A stretch of 51,645 bases of DNA, filler included, from Ionaspis alba (GCA_964255285.1; 2 parts of 2 records of this genome joined end to end with filler, not necessarily neighbours in it); one strand, 5' to 3'. Shown: positions 25,891 to 39,968, counted from the whole stretch's first letter. Program-made: numbers and translations. Notes: a model not told the origin generated them from the sequence alone.

Positions 25891-28800
25891 TTATATAGGA
25901 CACGACTCATGTAGATCTATATCTTACGATACAGATGTGATTAAGAGGTGTCGAGTATGTTTTTACGGTTCAGCAGCCTCTCGGGGACTCCTCAAGGTCT
26001 TCACAGCTATAGCTACACCTATACCCACTATTCTCACGCCACTCATGTGTGTAACATTGGTGTAGATATATCAAAGACTCAAAGCTGTACTCGAGCTTCT
26101 TTTCCTCGCGATGCCCAGACAGTCTCTCGACGAAGCTGCCTCTCTCATGTCTGTGAGAGGCCCCCTGGCAAAGCTTCTCAACAAAATGCCTTATCTCATG
26201 GGAGGTCTCTATTTGTTTTGCTACTCACCATCCCAATCTCCACGCAACGACATTATTCTAGCCATACTTCCTAATGGAGCCACTGGAACATGGTACTTTG
26301 GTACTACACGGTAGTTCAATCAAAAGGAGCTGAAGACCTCGGGTGTCACAAGCTTATGTCGATGGCTGCTCGAACGCTACTTTCAATCAATCATGACGTC
26401 TACCACACCTGTGGGATCTACTTCTCTGCCTATGCAATGATACGGGGGTGGTGAGCGGAGACGCCGTCTGGAGAGGAGATGGAATAATAGACATGCAGCA
26501 TGGTGTTGCGCTAACATTTTATGCTTCTTTCTTTCTGTTCTTCCACGCAGGGGACTGTATGACTACTATACGGCATCCGGATACTGACCCGATCCTGTGC
26601 TAGGAGCTCCTTCATGAATCCTACTCCATCTCGCTCACGAGTGCTTGGCGACAGATGCTTGTCTTGGAAGAGCTGGGATAGATGTCTCCCCACAGATCCT
26701 GAGCTTGCAGTCTGCGGCTGATCGAACGATCCATTCCGAGAAGCATGTCTCAAGTGGCACACAAGAAGAGCGCAACCCAAACGAAGCCAATAGGAGAATT
26801 GAGGGTGAAGCTTGGTCTGTGGCTCGTGGAGCTAGTGCGGCGTGGAACTTCTGTTTGATCAGCCATTGGTGTGGACATAGGTCATGTCGATCGTTTGACC
26901 GGTTGTCGGAATGTGACAGAACCATCTTCACACGAGAAAGCCATGGGTTGAAGGTCGCACGGCCTGCCTGCGTGTCCACATCGGGGAAAGGTGCATTCCG
27001 CCGAAACCGCTCACTCAAGGTTGCAGTAAGGCTACATGACATCGGTTGCCCACATAACCTATGGAGGCGCCAGATCTTGAGGATGATCGCCAGGGCTTCA
27101 CTTCCTTCTAAAATCGCCTCACTGGGTTCAAACGCCAACGGTATATGTCGCCAATTGAGCGACTTTCACCATTTTCCATTTTAAAAATATCCGAGACGTG
27201 TTGGCCAGGATGATAGGGCAACAATGATGGCATGTAGGCATACCAGCAGAGTTACACGTGCGTTTTAAGAAGTTCATTGACTCGATCAACACCGGGAAGG
27301 TAGCCCTTCCGCTCCGAGCCGTTGAGGTGCGACCATGTGAGCCTAAGTGATCATGATACACAAGCTCAGATTTTGGGAATGAACCAAGCATGAGTGGTAG
27401 CAACTCAATGGCGTGGAAAAGCCCCAAGGTCTCATCGAACTCGGTTGTAATTGCTAGATCCAAGGCGGCGTTTGTTGGGCTTCCCGACTATTCGATAGAG
27501 CCACTGGTCAAGAGCTTACTTACTGAGAAGCGCAGAAGTGACTATGACTTGCAGTCGTGAGCATGCAGTCACTCTTGATCTATAAGTCATCCCGAAAATC
27601 GCGATTCATTATAGGCCAATCAGGGAACGAAGCATGATTTGCTAGCCAGCCTTGTCTTCCTGTACACCTCAAAATTCATGTACAGCAGTATTACCTAATT
27701 TTCCCTCACCTCCACTCCTCGCCTCAATGTAAACATCCATACAATGCGCTGGCGACTGCGAATCAAAATTGAGATCCATGGAAGACCGTGTCGTCGCCAT
27801 TGCTTGACGCGCCACGAGGTGTCAACGTAGTTTTGGTTCGAAGGAATGATCTGCTACAGGGAACATGACACGCTATTTACCCCAGATGAGTTCCGTCTAT
27901 TGGGTCAACGGCGAATGACGACGACTACGACCACCCCATAGACTACGTATGCATTGTTGTCGAAAGGGACTTTCTTCTAAAGTTGGCGAGGGAAAGTCCC
28001 CACTTGACGCTTCTACCTCAGCCACGGACACGCATGTCTCGCTCTAACTTTGGCAGCATGAGGCTACTCGGCGAATAATTGCTATCCTTGGCTTTTACAA
28101 TCGTTCGCTGTGCTTTGCCTTGAAGGAATACCGAAAGATCGAGTATCTGCATCTCCACAAATAGACTACTCCTGGCCAACTCATCGTGTCTCACTTCACA
28201 TCCCTGTGCCCTGCAGGTATACAAACATGAGATGATAGTGCGGCGGGCACCAAGCAGGCCAGACTATTCTGGTTGATCTGAGGGCATAACTCCCCCAATG
28301 TGTTTGACCATGAATTCTCCCTGGATAGATCATAATTGCTTCAACGGAGTACGGATTTTGGGCGGACCGGCCTCTAGTTGTGGCAACTGAGGCCTCAAAC
28401 GACCGTGCTTGTTGGGATGGAGAGCGTATGGTCGCACCAGCAGACTTCAGAGGCCTCGATGCATGAATACGTTTCGAGCAACATGGAGGCATGCATACTA
28501 ACTGGGCAGCTTGCAAGTCCCCGCTGTCACCAGGGCACCCACGACTCTGTGAAGGTGTGGACAACTCGAGTCGACCCCGGATAGTGGGTCAACACACCCA
28601 TCTACGACAACTCGGGTACAGTGTACATTCGTCTTCCTGCAGAAAGTCGGTGTCGTCCTTTTTGGTTCAGTGCCTATACTGGGATCTTCCTACTACCGGT
28701 CCCCGGCCTGACTTCTAGGGTCATCCGAACAATCCGCCCAAATTATCTTAGTTGTTGCAAAGCTCAAGTGGCAAAGTGACGGCGGCAGGGACAGCTTTGA

Positions 28801-29491
28801 GGCGAGAAAGCGGCCTTTACGGCCTGGTGCTTCAATGCTGAAGCAACGCTTGTAGTGCTACCTACTCGTCTGTGTTGCGTCTGCCGATGGATCCTCTTGT
28901 CATTTACCATTCTAGTAAGTGCCATTGCAGGCACCATGCAGCCGGATCTCATCTATCAAATCCTTTCCGATAGCGGCGTTGCTCGATGGTGGGTTCATTG
29001 GCTCAGGCATGACCTCAGAAAGCCCTTCTACAACCACATTGCAACTGCTCTTCCCATCGTGGCCGCAGATACTCGGCCTGCACTGTACCTCAACAACTAT
29101 CTTGATGACAAACCTTCCGAAGCCCTAATATTACTCCATTTGCGTGGGTGGTGAGATTGCTAGCTGCGCCTTTGAATGAACATCAACAGTACCATTATCT
29201 TCTGAGGATGCTTTAGCCGGTAAAGTTCTTATCCTTTGTATTCACTATGCCTCACATAGTTATCAAAAGTCGCTGATTTTCATTGCCATTACCGTGCTCA
29301 GATAGTGCATTTCTTTGTCCTGATTGGTACCCCATGAGCTGGCCGACCTCGTTATATCTCTCGATTATCCAATTGCTCAATCATACCACATCATCTAGGA
29401 TAGTTGATGAACTCCAACCCAGAGTCTTCCTTCAGCGACCCTGGTTGCTTCTCTTATCATATCACCGCTCCGTGATTCCACGAACCTCAAT

Positions 29492-30999
29492 ATGAATATC
29501 CAGGCGATATTGAACCACGATTCAGAATCTCGGCCTCTAAAACTCGACTTCCCATCGATGACGGGAAACATCGATATCCCTCGGTATGAATATGGTACAC
29601 GATCGCTTGATGATGTCTCCTATCTCTGGCAGGCAGGAAGAAACACTCAGCCGGAACCGACTCCGAGGACTCAGAGCTTCACTCCTATGTGTCAATTCAG
29701 GCCAAGCGCGGTGAATGATAGAATGAATAGCGCTCCAGAGGGGTCACAGGCCGATCTTAAATCCTATAAATCCATCGAACATCCCATCTTGGTACCTCAG
29801 TCTTCTTTTTTACCAATCCGCCCACCTGTCAACATTGCCTCTGCTGGAAATCTCCCGACGATCCATAACGCAGCCAACTACCAACCTCGATCGGCAGACC
29901 TGGCTGCATCCACTGAGGAGTCAAAGATTAGGGGTACAAGTAGGACAGGAGGTCATCACAGTAAGTCCTTAATCAGTTCGAACCGATACTAGATTCTTGA
30001 AGATTCACTGCGTCAAACGAACTGATCTGGATTACAGCTACCGCCAAGATGCCCGCTTTCAGTCCTCTAAATGCTCAAACATCTCCGGAGCAGTCATCTG
30101 CCAAGGTTTATTGCAGTAGACAATCCAGTGTCGATGGTCCCCGCGAACCTCTCACTCCAGCGTCTTCCAATGACGTGATGGAGGACGTCCATGAAGAAGA
30201 TCCAGGCCCAACGACGACAAAAACGCTCTGCCGAGAAGACGGCGGTACCGGCTATCGCTGCTTTTTCATGAGCGACTGCATTCTGGAGTCTCCGGAAAGG
30301 AAGACTATCTCGCATTTCTTCGGGCGCAATAAGGCATGCACGCAGGCCATTCCACCAGAAGTCTGGGTCCCTTACTGTCGTCGACATTATCAGCGCTCCC
30401 GTTATCGCAATATCACCAAGTTTGCCAACGTCCAGCTAGAGCTCATTCGCATCGTTGTGAACAACTTTGAGGCTTGGGGCGGTGTTGAGAATTTCGAAGT
30501 CATCCTACGAAAGAGAGCAGCGCAAGCTATGGCCCGTGAAGACAAATTCAACCGGGACATCAAAGCCAGCGGCCGCCGCGAATCATCTGGCGGTCAATCT
30601 GCAAGCTGGAAAGAGAGGTGGCTGGTACCTTATCTAGGAAAGAATAAGTCGTTCCAGGACGTCTACAAAATCTTGGACCGAATCGATGACTTCGCCAAAG
30701 AGCACAACCTGGAGAATCCTCCCGAGTTTGAGATCTTGCCCTGCTACAAACCCGGATGGATCAAAGATCGCGAGCTCCCCAAAACCTCGGTCGCTCAGGC
30801 TGCAAAGCCGACCGGTATTGCGAAGCGATCTGCTTCTAACAACGGGCGATCACTTCACCGACCATCCGTGAGCAGTCCTCCCAGCCTCACACCTGTGCCT
30901 GCTAGTCGATTCGGTCGCGGGAGCATCTCCAGCGGTCGATCAGTTGGCATTTCCACCAGGGGCCTCTTTCGAGGCCGTGCCGCAAGCAACATCTTCTGA
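29492..30999 (+). CDS. Fungal-specific conserved protein with Cys/His motif (resembles proteins annotated ORP1-like); intron 29961-30037
   Basis: MNIQAILNH N-terminus; GTAAGT...CTGAT...CAG intron joins the two ORFs in frame; core CFFMSDC...RKTISHFFGRNKACTQAIPPEVWVPYCRRHYQRSRYR...WGGV...FEILP. Confidence 0.75.
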
Positions 31000-31790
31000 A
31001 ACCCGTTTGAGAATTCAGGGATTGTGCCATATTGAGTATCATACTCACGGCGCTTTCTATTCCTGCCTCAGGTGAACACCTCTTGTCTGTTCAAGGCGTT
31101 TTGTCTGTGGGTTTGAGCACTGTGTGGTCCGGGTGTTGGTCTGAGAATCGATGCCACAAGGGTCTGTGGAGTATCGGTTGAATGATGTGTGTCTAGGTAT
31201 GGAGCTTGAACAAGACGGAGAGCTTGGTGGTCGTGCCTGGCTGATGTTCGAGTGTTGAGCAATACATCTGAAATGTCTTGGAGTAGGGGAGCTAGATTGC
31301 TCCATCACCACCTGCGATGTCTAGAGGAGATTCTAGAGATGCTTTACTTGTGCATAGCATGCTGCATTCCTTTTGGAGTTGATGATACCCCAGCCGTTCC
31401 TTTTTTTTGCAGGTGGTCGCCTTCGAAGGTGTTCTTGATGGGCGTTGATTGGGTGTTCTTTCCTTGCTGCTACGGATCGGTACTGTTCTACAACATGTAA
31501 TATCCCCACTCCTTTCTCGTCGGCTGTATGTGCGATGAGTTGAGCGAAATAAGATGATAGTTACATGACTTGAAGTTCTCGTGCAGAGATGAGTCTATGA
31601 TCCACTCGAGTGATTCGCGTTATCCTCGCCGTTCTATTTCGCAACGCTGACTTCGACTCCCTGCCTTAGATACAGGTGTATAGTTAATTTACAATATTCC
31701 TGCGAGCGAGCATTTAGGATCCAAGATCTCTGTGCCAGCTCCTTCCAGCCCAGTGACCATTATTCACAATGCTATTGATGAGGAGACACT

Positions 31791-32892
31791 TCACCACATG
31801 CAATACTGTCTCTGCGCTGTGATAGGTCGATCCGGTAACGGCACCCAGACCTTCCTCCTTTGTCTCTTCTGCTCCCTCTCTTCAGCCAACCGAATCCTCG
31901 TGGCCTCCTCCTTCAGAAGGATTGTAATACCTATATCGTAATTAGCAATTGTGTTCTGCACAAAGGCAATCCTCCATCACATACTAGTCGTAGGCGGCCT
32001 CATTCGACCGACCATTCCTCTTGCCCTATAATCCGGCTTGAGTCCATACGACCCACGTCCTACCCACGCTTGATCGACATAAATCTGCGTCCTGTCCTTC
32101 ACCACTCTCTTCTTCCCCTTTTTATCCACAATCACCACCTCCTCCAGCTTCCTGGCTTCCTGGCCCTGCTGCCCCGTCTCGCCCACGTTCGCCACTGCTC
32201 CCAGTCCCATTCCCCTCCTCACCACGGCCTCATCCCTCGCATACTCCAAATGCTTCAGTACATCCGCCGCAACCTTCTTCTTGCTAAACCGCATCTGCAC
32301 GATCGCATCGTCAATCGGTTTTCCCGCTATCTGCCTGGCCAGTGGCCCTAGCTTCTTGATCGAGGTTGGGTACATGGGGGACTTGCTGAGTGAGGAGCGC
32401 TCCGTGCGCAGAATTCGTGTGGTTTTGTTCAGCCGGTACCGCGTACGCAAGGAGCGAATTAGGATTTTGCGCTCCCATCGACGGCGGGCGCGAGGCCTGG
32501 GGTCTAGGGCGGTAGACATGAGGGCTGGATCACGGCGTCGGAAGGTGGGTGCGGACGTTGTACTGTCGGTGGATGTTGAGGACGATGGTACGGTGTCGGC
32601 GAAAATGGAGCTTGAGTCTAGGTCGCCGGATCCTGGGGACTGGGTTGCTGGTGTGGATGAGGGGAGAGCGGTAGAAGGTCTACGTTTGGTGTAGTCGGTC
32701 GACATTGGATCAGAGGGGGTAGTTGTTTTCTTTTGGAATTTGAACCAGGAGAAGATTGTTCGAGCCTGATGAGGACGACGGGCGAATTGTAGAGCTGTAT
32801 TGAGTGCAGGTAAGTGCGGATCCGATTGGCAGAAAGCAAGGGATTCAGTTACCTGATCGGCCGAGCTGCCTCGATGGGAGGTGGAGACTCAT
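31791..32892 (-). CDS. MRPL22: Mitochondrial ribosomal protein uL22, 3 exons
   Basis: MSLHLPSRQLGRS presequence; TSIKKLGPLARQIAGKPIDDAIVQMRFSKKK; IYVDQAWVGRG; RARG; last exon ITILLKEEATRIR...PDRPITAQRQYCMW*. Confidence 0.92.
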
Positions 32893-32978
32893 CGTGAGGG
32901 AACAATTGCACGATCATTCCGAGCTCTTGTACTGACGAGTGCAAGGTCCACCGTTGAAGCATTTCAGAATTTGTTTGC

Positions 32979-33188
32979 AGTGTTTGGCGAAAATGCCAAG
33001 TCACTTGACGATTGGTAGTTCCGAGAGGGTCATNNNNNNNNNNNNNNNNNNNNNNNNNNNNNNNNNNNNNNNNNNNNNNNNNNNNNNNNNNNNNNNNNNN
33101 NNNNNNNNNNNNNNNNNNNNNNNNNNNNNNNNNAGTGTTTGGCGAAAATGCCAAGTCACTTGACGATTGGTAGTTCCGAGAGGGTCAT
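32979..33188. repeat. 100-N assembly gap (33034-33133) flanked by an exact 55-bp duplication; artefact
   Basis: 32979-33033 is identical to 33134-33188. Confidence 0.9.
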
Positions 33189-33626
33189 ATTCATTCTCTC
33201 ACTTCACCGATAAAGATACTATAGGGATGCTCTTTAGCTGAAGGAAGCTTTACGGTACACCAAGCTCCCAGTGAAGAATACCTGCTGTGAGTTAGCATCT
33301 GTTGAATATTTCTATGTTTTCATGGTACGACAAGGGTTGTTTTTTCCAACTGTGGATCATTTGACTTTCTTCTGTCGTTACAACGTCGAGAGACAGCGTG
33401 ACCTAGAAGCCTCCAGCCTACTTGAACCATGTCATACGCAATATGTCTCATGCCATGCCGAATTCTCCTCGCCTAGATTTACAAATGTCCTCGATTCTTA
33501 ATATTCTCTTGAACGACATTTTTCCAAGTTTCCCGTTCTTGTGGATTCTCAATCTCGTAGTCCAGATGACCATTTGCTTACTAGTTTGTGATCACAAAGG
33601 AGGAAATGCGAGCGGGACGGTTCGAC

Positions 33627-35033
33627 ATGGCCGTGACTTTCGACTTCACAGGCCCTGCTAGAAAGGTGTCAAGATATATAAGGGGTGCGTGGACGGATGA
33701 GGGCCATCGATTTCAGCAAGTTCAGAAACGGAACATTGAGACGTTACGCCATCGCACGCTACAGGAAATATCAGGTGCTTTCGGAGATCTCGGAACACTC
33801 CTGCCAATACTTTTCGTTCTAGCGGATGGTCCAGCAGAGCCCATCTATCTGGCTAGCACTTTAGTCTTCTCTGGCATTGCAAACATCTTGACCGGAATAA
33901 TGTTCGGTATTCCGTTGCCTGTCCAGCCCATGAAATCAATCGCTGCTGTGGCCATTGCGGAAAACTTCAACGAGCCACAGGTGGCTTCAGCAGGACTATT
34001 TGTGGCAGCAGTCATTGGTTTCCTGAGCATCACTGGTTTGCTGAGGCAATTCAATAGGATAATCCCAGTCGCGGTCGTGAAAGGCATCCAAGTTGGCACC
34101 GGTTTTTCTCTCATAATCTCTTCCAGACCCATCATATTATTCTTTACGTGGTCAAAGTATCAGGAGAATATCTTGAGCATCGCCATCCTCTTATTCCTGC
34201 TGTTCTGTACAGCGTATCCGCGCGTACCGTTTGTGCTCGTAATTGTTCTTGCACATCTGCCACTAGTTTGGAAATATAACGGGCAGGTCTCACTTTGGTC
34301 CCCAATTACAGTCATTCCATCACTCGAAGAGTTTCGTGTGGGAGCCTTCGGTGCCGGACTCGGCCAGATCCCTCTCACAGCCCTCAATTCCATCATTGCA
34401 GTCACATCTCTGTCTTCAGATCTTCTCCCTGATATAAAAGCACCTTCAGCTACTGCTCTAGGACTGAGCGTTTCGGCTATAAACCTTGTTGGCTGCTGGT
34501 TTGGAGCAATGCCAGTCTGCCATGGGAGTGGAGGACTTGCGGCACAGTTTCGCTTTGGAGCCCGATCCGGAAGTAGCATCATTCTTCTGGGCCTGCTGAA
34601 GCTCGCTCTGGGGCTTTTTGCTAGTGATTATGCCTTGGCATTCTGTAGGATATTCCATAAGAGTACCCTCGCGATCTTACTCTTCCTTGCTGGCTTTGAA
34701 TTGGTCCGGACTGGAGAGAATTTGAATACTGCAGGGACTAGTGACTTGTGGGAAGAGAGTGAATCGCAATCCGATATCGAGACGAGCAAGATTCCAAGGC
34801 ATCTAACCCGCGAAGAAAGAATGAGAAGATGGACCTTGATGATGGTCACTGTTGGTGTCATCCTTGCCACGAAAAACACAGGGAAAGGCTTCTTGGCTGG
34901 CATGGTACTACATTGGATTTATACACTACTAGACCATTGGGAGAGCTGGAGAGCTGGTCGGGAGGGCCGCATACTGTTGGAGGATGACAGCCCCAGTGAT
35001 GAGTCTCCCACACATTCTTCTGAACAGGCATGA
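33627..35033 (+). CDS. Molybdate transporter of the MOT1 family; start 33606 or 33627
   Basis: EISGAFGDLGTLLP; PLPVQPMKSIAAVAI; GAMPVCHGSGGLAAQFRFGARSG; many TM helices; intronless. Confidence 0.88.
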   Translation: MAVTFDFTGPARKVSRYIRGAWTDEGHRFQQVQKRNIETLRHRTLQEISGAFGDLGTLLPILFVLADGPAEPIYLASTLVFSGIANILTGIMFGIPLPVQPMKSIAAVAIAENFNEPQVASAGLFVAAVIGFLSITGLLRQFNRIIPVAVVKGIQVGTGFSLIISSRPIILFFTWSKYQENILSIAILLFLLFCTAYPRVPFVLVIVLAHLPLVWKYNGQVSLWSPITVIPSLEEFRVGAFGAGLGQIPLTALNSIIAVTSLSSDLLPDIKAPSATALGLSVSAINLVGCWFGAMPVCHGSGGLAAQFRFGARSGSSIILLGLLKLALGLFASDYALAFCRIFHKSTLAILLFLAGFELVRTGENLNTAGTSDLWEESESQSDIETSKIPRHLTREERMRRWTLMMVTVGVILATKNTGKGFLAGMVLHWIYTLLDHWESWRAGREGRILLEDDSPSDESPTHSSEQA

Positions 35034-35555
35034 TTTGCAAATGAAGAGCATGAAGTATTCGACTATACCGCTTCGACCTGGGGGAGCATTGTGTTCCACC
35101 TAGACGTGAGACTGGACTACTCTTTCCATTTCATGTGACTGTCTTTATCATCACATGGATAAAGCAGAGCTGTAGGGCAGCCGCAAAAGCCCTTTGCGCC
35201 GTCTCTTCAGGCAGTCTTGGCTGTGGCTGACTAGTTCGTCTCAATTAGAGCTGAGGTCCTGCCAAGGAGTTTCTTGCATGCCTGCTAAGGATCATCTTGC
35301 TAAGAATCATGCGTGCCAGAATCAACGTCCAAGACTGCCTCCTTTCTATACTATACCAATCCAAGTCGTCGTCGGTAAGGTATCCCAGCTGCTCGAATCA
35401 AAATGCTTCGACCATCATGAAGCAGTGCTCCTGGAACAGTACCTGATTGTTCTAGGACTGTCTTCGTAACACAATCTAAACTGCCCCTCTGTCGTTATGG
35501 TATCTTTCTATGACAATCATAGCACAACACCGTCGCGATGCCCACTCCTCTAATC

Positions 35556-36143
35556 TTACTTCTTGCCCTTGTTGCGGTCTCCAATTATCTCCTTTACAAA
35601 GCCATTGGTGAAGCGCACCATCTGCTCGTACGCGATCTCAAATCCATTCCTCGCCCCGTAGTAAGGATCGATGACTTCCTCTCCCTTCCTACCTCCGAAG
35701 TCTCCAAACAGTAGCACTTGTCCCAGATTATCATTGTTACCCTTCGTGGCAACACGCTGCTTCAGCCGTTGAAGATCGCGTAGGTTGTCCTTATCCATAG
35801 CCAAAATGTAATCGAATTTCGCAAAATCGGACAGCCCGATCTTGCGAGCACCGTGGGTGTAGTCAACGATGCCATTGTCCTCTAATGTCGACGTCGTCCG
35901 AGGATCCGGATCGTCACCAGTATGGTATGCGCCAGTCCCGGCAGAATCAATCTCAGAGACAAGAGGATTTGAAGAGGTCAGGGAACGAAATACCGCTTCG
36001 GCCATGGGAGAGCGACCTGCCGGACAAAGTCAGGCGAGCAGGGTACCTGATGGAGGTTTCCCGCTACGAGGCTTACAGATATTGCCCAGACAGACGAAAA
36101 GGACGGAGACTTTGGGACCAGCAGCCTCCTCCTTGGTAGCCAT
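35556..36143 (-). CDS. LTP1: Low-molecular-weight protein tyrosine phosphatase; intron 36017-36076
   Basis: P-loop VLFVCLGNIC|RSPMAE; IDSAGT; FDYILAMD; DPYYG. Confidence 0.93.
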
Positions 36144-36812
36144 GATGGGCTTTTCCAAATGCGCGCGAATCTGAAGATTTAGAGATGAGCCAAAAATGGA
36201 GATGAATTTACAGGGTTACTCAAACTCAAGGTCGGTGCTGATTTGACGCGTTTCTTTAGCGGCGGAGTAGGCAGGGTCAGCAATGCATGGCGAGCATGGT
36301 CTTCACGCCTTGTCGGGACAACAGCTGGAGCCCGTAGTGTTTGTTGCTTAGACTGATGCGGTAGTGGTACGTACAGCAAGGCAGATTTGCTAGGCCATAG
36401 TTATTACTCCTACCTAGTACTAGATGGCCAAGTGCTTGGATTTTTTGCTAAAAGGCCGGAGCATAAAATACAGGAGGCATCCCCATTATCGTTGCTGTTC
36501 GATCGCACACAGGTATCACGTACTCCGCGTGTCAGCGGCAAGCTTATGTCACTGCGTGGGCTGTGGACGGCATCCTCGAGCCTTTCGCCATCAACCTGAA
36601 ACGGTTGTACCAGTAGTCACTCTTCCCGTATCAACTCAGACAAGTCAAAGTGACTGGAACGCTGCCTTCCCGTCAGATCACTTTCTTTTGCTAGAGGAGC
36701 ATTTTGCGCTTTTGAACGAAGCCTGGTAGTTTCTCCAGGGACCTCCGCATTCCACGACTGGAAATTGCAGCCCCTGCTCTAGCACACCCCAGGCCAGGAA
36801 TCACTTGCCACT

Positions 36813-39800
36813 ATGTCATACAATCGTTTAGGTATGTCGCGCTGTTTGCTTCTTTACCCTAAACACACCGGTGATTCACTATGGTTGGCTTACCCTAGAT
36901 GATCGTCGTTCGAGGGAGGCCTTTGTCCTTGTTTACAATCTCTTTGTGCTCAAGCGCGCTGTAAGAGAAGAGCCAACCTGACTGACACCGCCAAACTAGG
37001 TCACGAGGAGGACGAGTACGCATCACCGACCATGGATCCCCGGCGAACAGGTCGTTCGCCCTCTCCAGGCCACCCTCTCCATGGATACCAACTCGAGGAC
37101 GGCCCCTTCAGACCACAACAACATCCTCTACAGTTTCCCACGGGCCCAGCTGCTTCCAGCGATAGGCTTGCAGCACAGCCAACATATTCGGTGGAAAATA
37201 TACACAACTCTCAAGGACATAACCAAGCTTATAACGACATACACCACCACATGCCAGAGCCAAACTACAATTATCCTCCAAACGACTATGCGATCTCTCC
37301 AGAAGAGCACCACGATGCCTACTTCACTCGACCATATCAACCATCCCCGATTGAAGAGCATGACATGGGCAATTATGCTCCTCAAGAGCACCATCAGCCA
37401 CAGCAGCCGTACTACGACGAAAGCGACCACGTTCCCATTCTTGGACCTGATAATGCATACGGACCTGATCCTCATTCGACTGGGCAATACGGCGATGAGG
37501 CCTATCACGCGCCACCCCCACAATCCACACCTACACCGCAGCCCATCAGGAGGTGGAAGACAGTGAAAGAGGTGCAATTATTCAACGGCAATTTAGTCTT
37601 GGATTGTCCTATTCCACCAAAGCTACTGAACCAAGTTCCACACGCTCAGCCACCAGAAAGAGACGAATTCACTCATATGCGTTATTCAGCAGCGACATGT
37701 GACCCTTCCGATTTCCACGATGACCGGTTCACGCTCAGACAACGGCTGTTTGCGAAGCCCAGACATACCGAGCTATTCATCGTTGTTACCATGTACAATG
37801 AGGACGACTTCCTGTTTGCGCGTACAATGATAGGTGTCTTCAAGAATATCGAGCACATGTGCTCGAGGACCAACAGCAAGACGTGGGGCAAGGAAGCCTG
37901 GAAGAAGATTGTTGTTTGTGTCGTGAGCGATGGGCGTGCCAAGATCAATCCGAGAACAAGGGCTGTCCTGGCTGGATTGGGAGTATACCAAGACGGTATT
38001 GCTAAGCAGCAAGTCAACGGCAAGGACGTCACGGCGCATATCTACGAGTACACCACTCAAGTCGGCATGGACTTGAAAGGCAAACTAGTTCAATTGAAGC
38101 CAAGAGGAGCAACGCCTGTACAGATGATTTTCTGTCTTAAGGAGAAGAATCAGAAGAAGATCAATTCCCACAGGTGGTTCTTCCAAGCCTTCGGAAGAGT
38201 CCTCGACCCGAATATCTGCGTTCTTCTTGACGCAGGTACGAAACCGGGCAAAGATTCCATATATCACTTGTGGAAAGCATTCGATCTGGAGCCGATGTGC
38301 GGAGGTGCCTGTGGAGAAATAAAGGTCATGTTGTCTGCAGGGAAGAAGCTCATCAATCCACTGGTGGCTACGCAGAACTTCGAATACAAAATGAGCAACA
38401 TCCTTGACAAACCCCTGGAATCTGCCTTCGGATTCATCTCCGTGCTTCCTGGTGCCTTTTCCGCCTACCGATATATCGCACTTCAAAACGATAAGACCGG
38501 AACGGGTCCGCTGGAGAAGTATTTCGCCGGAGAGAAGATGCATGGTGCGAATGCTGGAGTCTTCACGGCAAATATGTACTTGGCGGAAGATAGGATTCTT
38601 TGCTTCGAACTTGTCTCGAAAAGAAATTCTCGCTGGATTCTCCAGTATGTCAAGTCCTCGACCGGTGAGACGGATGTGCCAGACACGATGGCCGAGTTTA
38701 TCTTGCAGCGTCGAAGATGGCTAAATGGTAGTTTCTTCGCTGCGGTATACGCTTTGGCCCATTTCTACCAAATTGGCCGAAGTGACCACAGCTTTATTCG
38801 AAAGTTCATGTTTTTTGTTGAATTTACGTATCAATTTATCAGTCTGCTCTTCGCCTGGTTTGCCATTGTAAGTCACACTCTACGTACTTCCCTACTCTCG
38901 GGCTAACAACGAGCAGGGTAATTTCTTCCTCGTCTTCCGAATACTGACGACCTCTCTTGGTGCCGACAATCTTCTCAAGGGCCCTGGGACCATCCTAGGA
39001 GTGGTGTTCGAATGGCTCTATCTCGCGACGCTATTGACGTGCTTCGTCCTCGCTCTTGGCAACAGACCTCAAGGATCGAACAAGTTCTACATGACCATGG
39101 TGTATTTCTGGTGTGTCATCATGGCATACCTTATGTTCGCTTCCATATACATTACAACAGTCTCGATCCAGGTTCAAGTGGCCCAGACCTCCTTCAGCGT
39201 TGGCCAGCTCTTCTCTAATACCTTATTCCGCACGCTTATCGTGTCTCTCGCCTCAACATACATCATGTGGTTTGTTGCTGCGTTTCTCTTCTTCGACCCC
39301 TGGCATATGTTCACATCAGTAAGTTGTCACAACCGCCCTCCTATTCCCCTCATACTTGTTCCCGCGTTCCCTAACCATTCCCTACCCACAACCAGTTCAT
39401 TCAATACCTCCTTCTCACTCCAACCTACATCAACATCCTCAACGTCTACGCCTTCTGCAACACCCACGACATCACCTGGGGCACAAAGGGTGACGACAAA
39501 GCCGAAAAACTCCCCTCCGCAACCCTCAAACCTGGCGGCAAAGTCGACGTCAACATCCCGCAAGACGAAGGTGACCTCAACGACCAATACGATGCCGAAA
39601 TGCGCATGATTGCCGTCAAAGCTCCCAAAGAAATCAAGACTGTTGCCGCGGCGGAGAAGCAGGAGGATTATTACAAGGGCTTTAGGAGCGCAGTCGTGCT
39701 TGTGTGGATCTTTTCGAATTTGGCGCTTAGTGCTTTGGTGTTGAGTACGGGTGGTTTGCAGAGGGTTACGGTTGATACGCAGAGTGCCGAGGCGGATAGG

Positions 39801-39968
39801 AATACGATTTATATGGCTGTCGTACTGTGGAGTGTGGCTGGATTGTCGTTTTTCAGGTTTATAGGGGCTATGTGGTTTTTGGTTGTGCGATTGGTAAGTC
39901 ATCTCGTACCTGCTTCATCCTATAAATGACGTCCCTGCTGACTTGTTGTGCAGTTCCGAGGTGTCTAA
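36813..39968 (+). CDS. Chitin synthase, class I type, 5 exons
   Basis: MSYNRL|...[66 protein letters not shown]; terminal FRGV*. Confidence 0.95.

Noticed and set aside
25891..29400. Many short overlapping ORFs (e.g. 26635-27138, 26645-27184, 27128-27463, 28855-29154); possible degenerate HET-like remnant
   Set aside because: No recognisable motif or coherent splice model in any frame; needs a translated search
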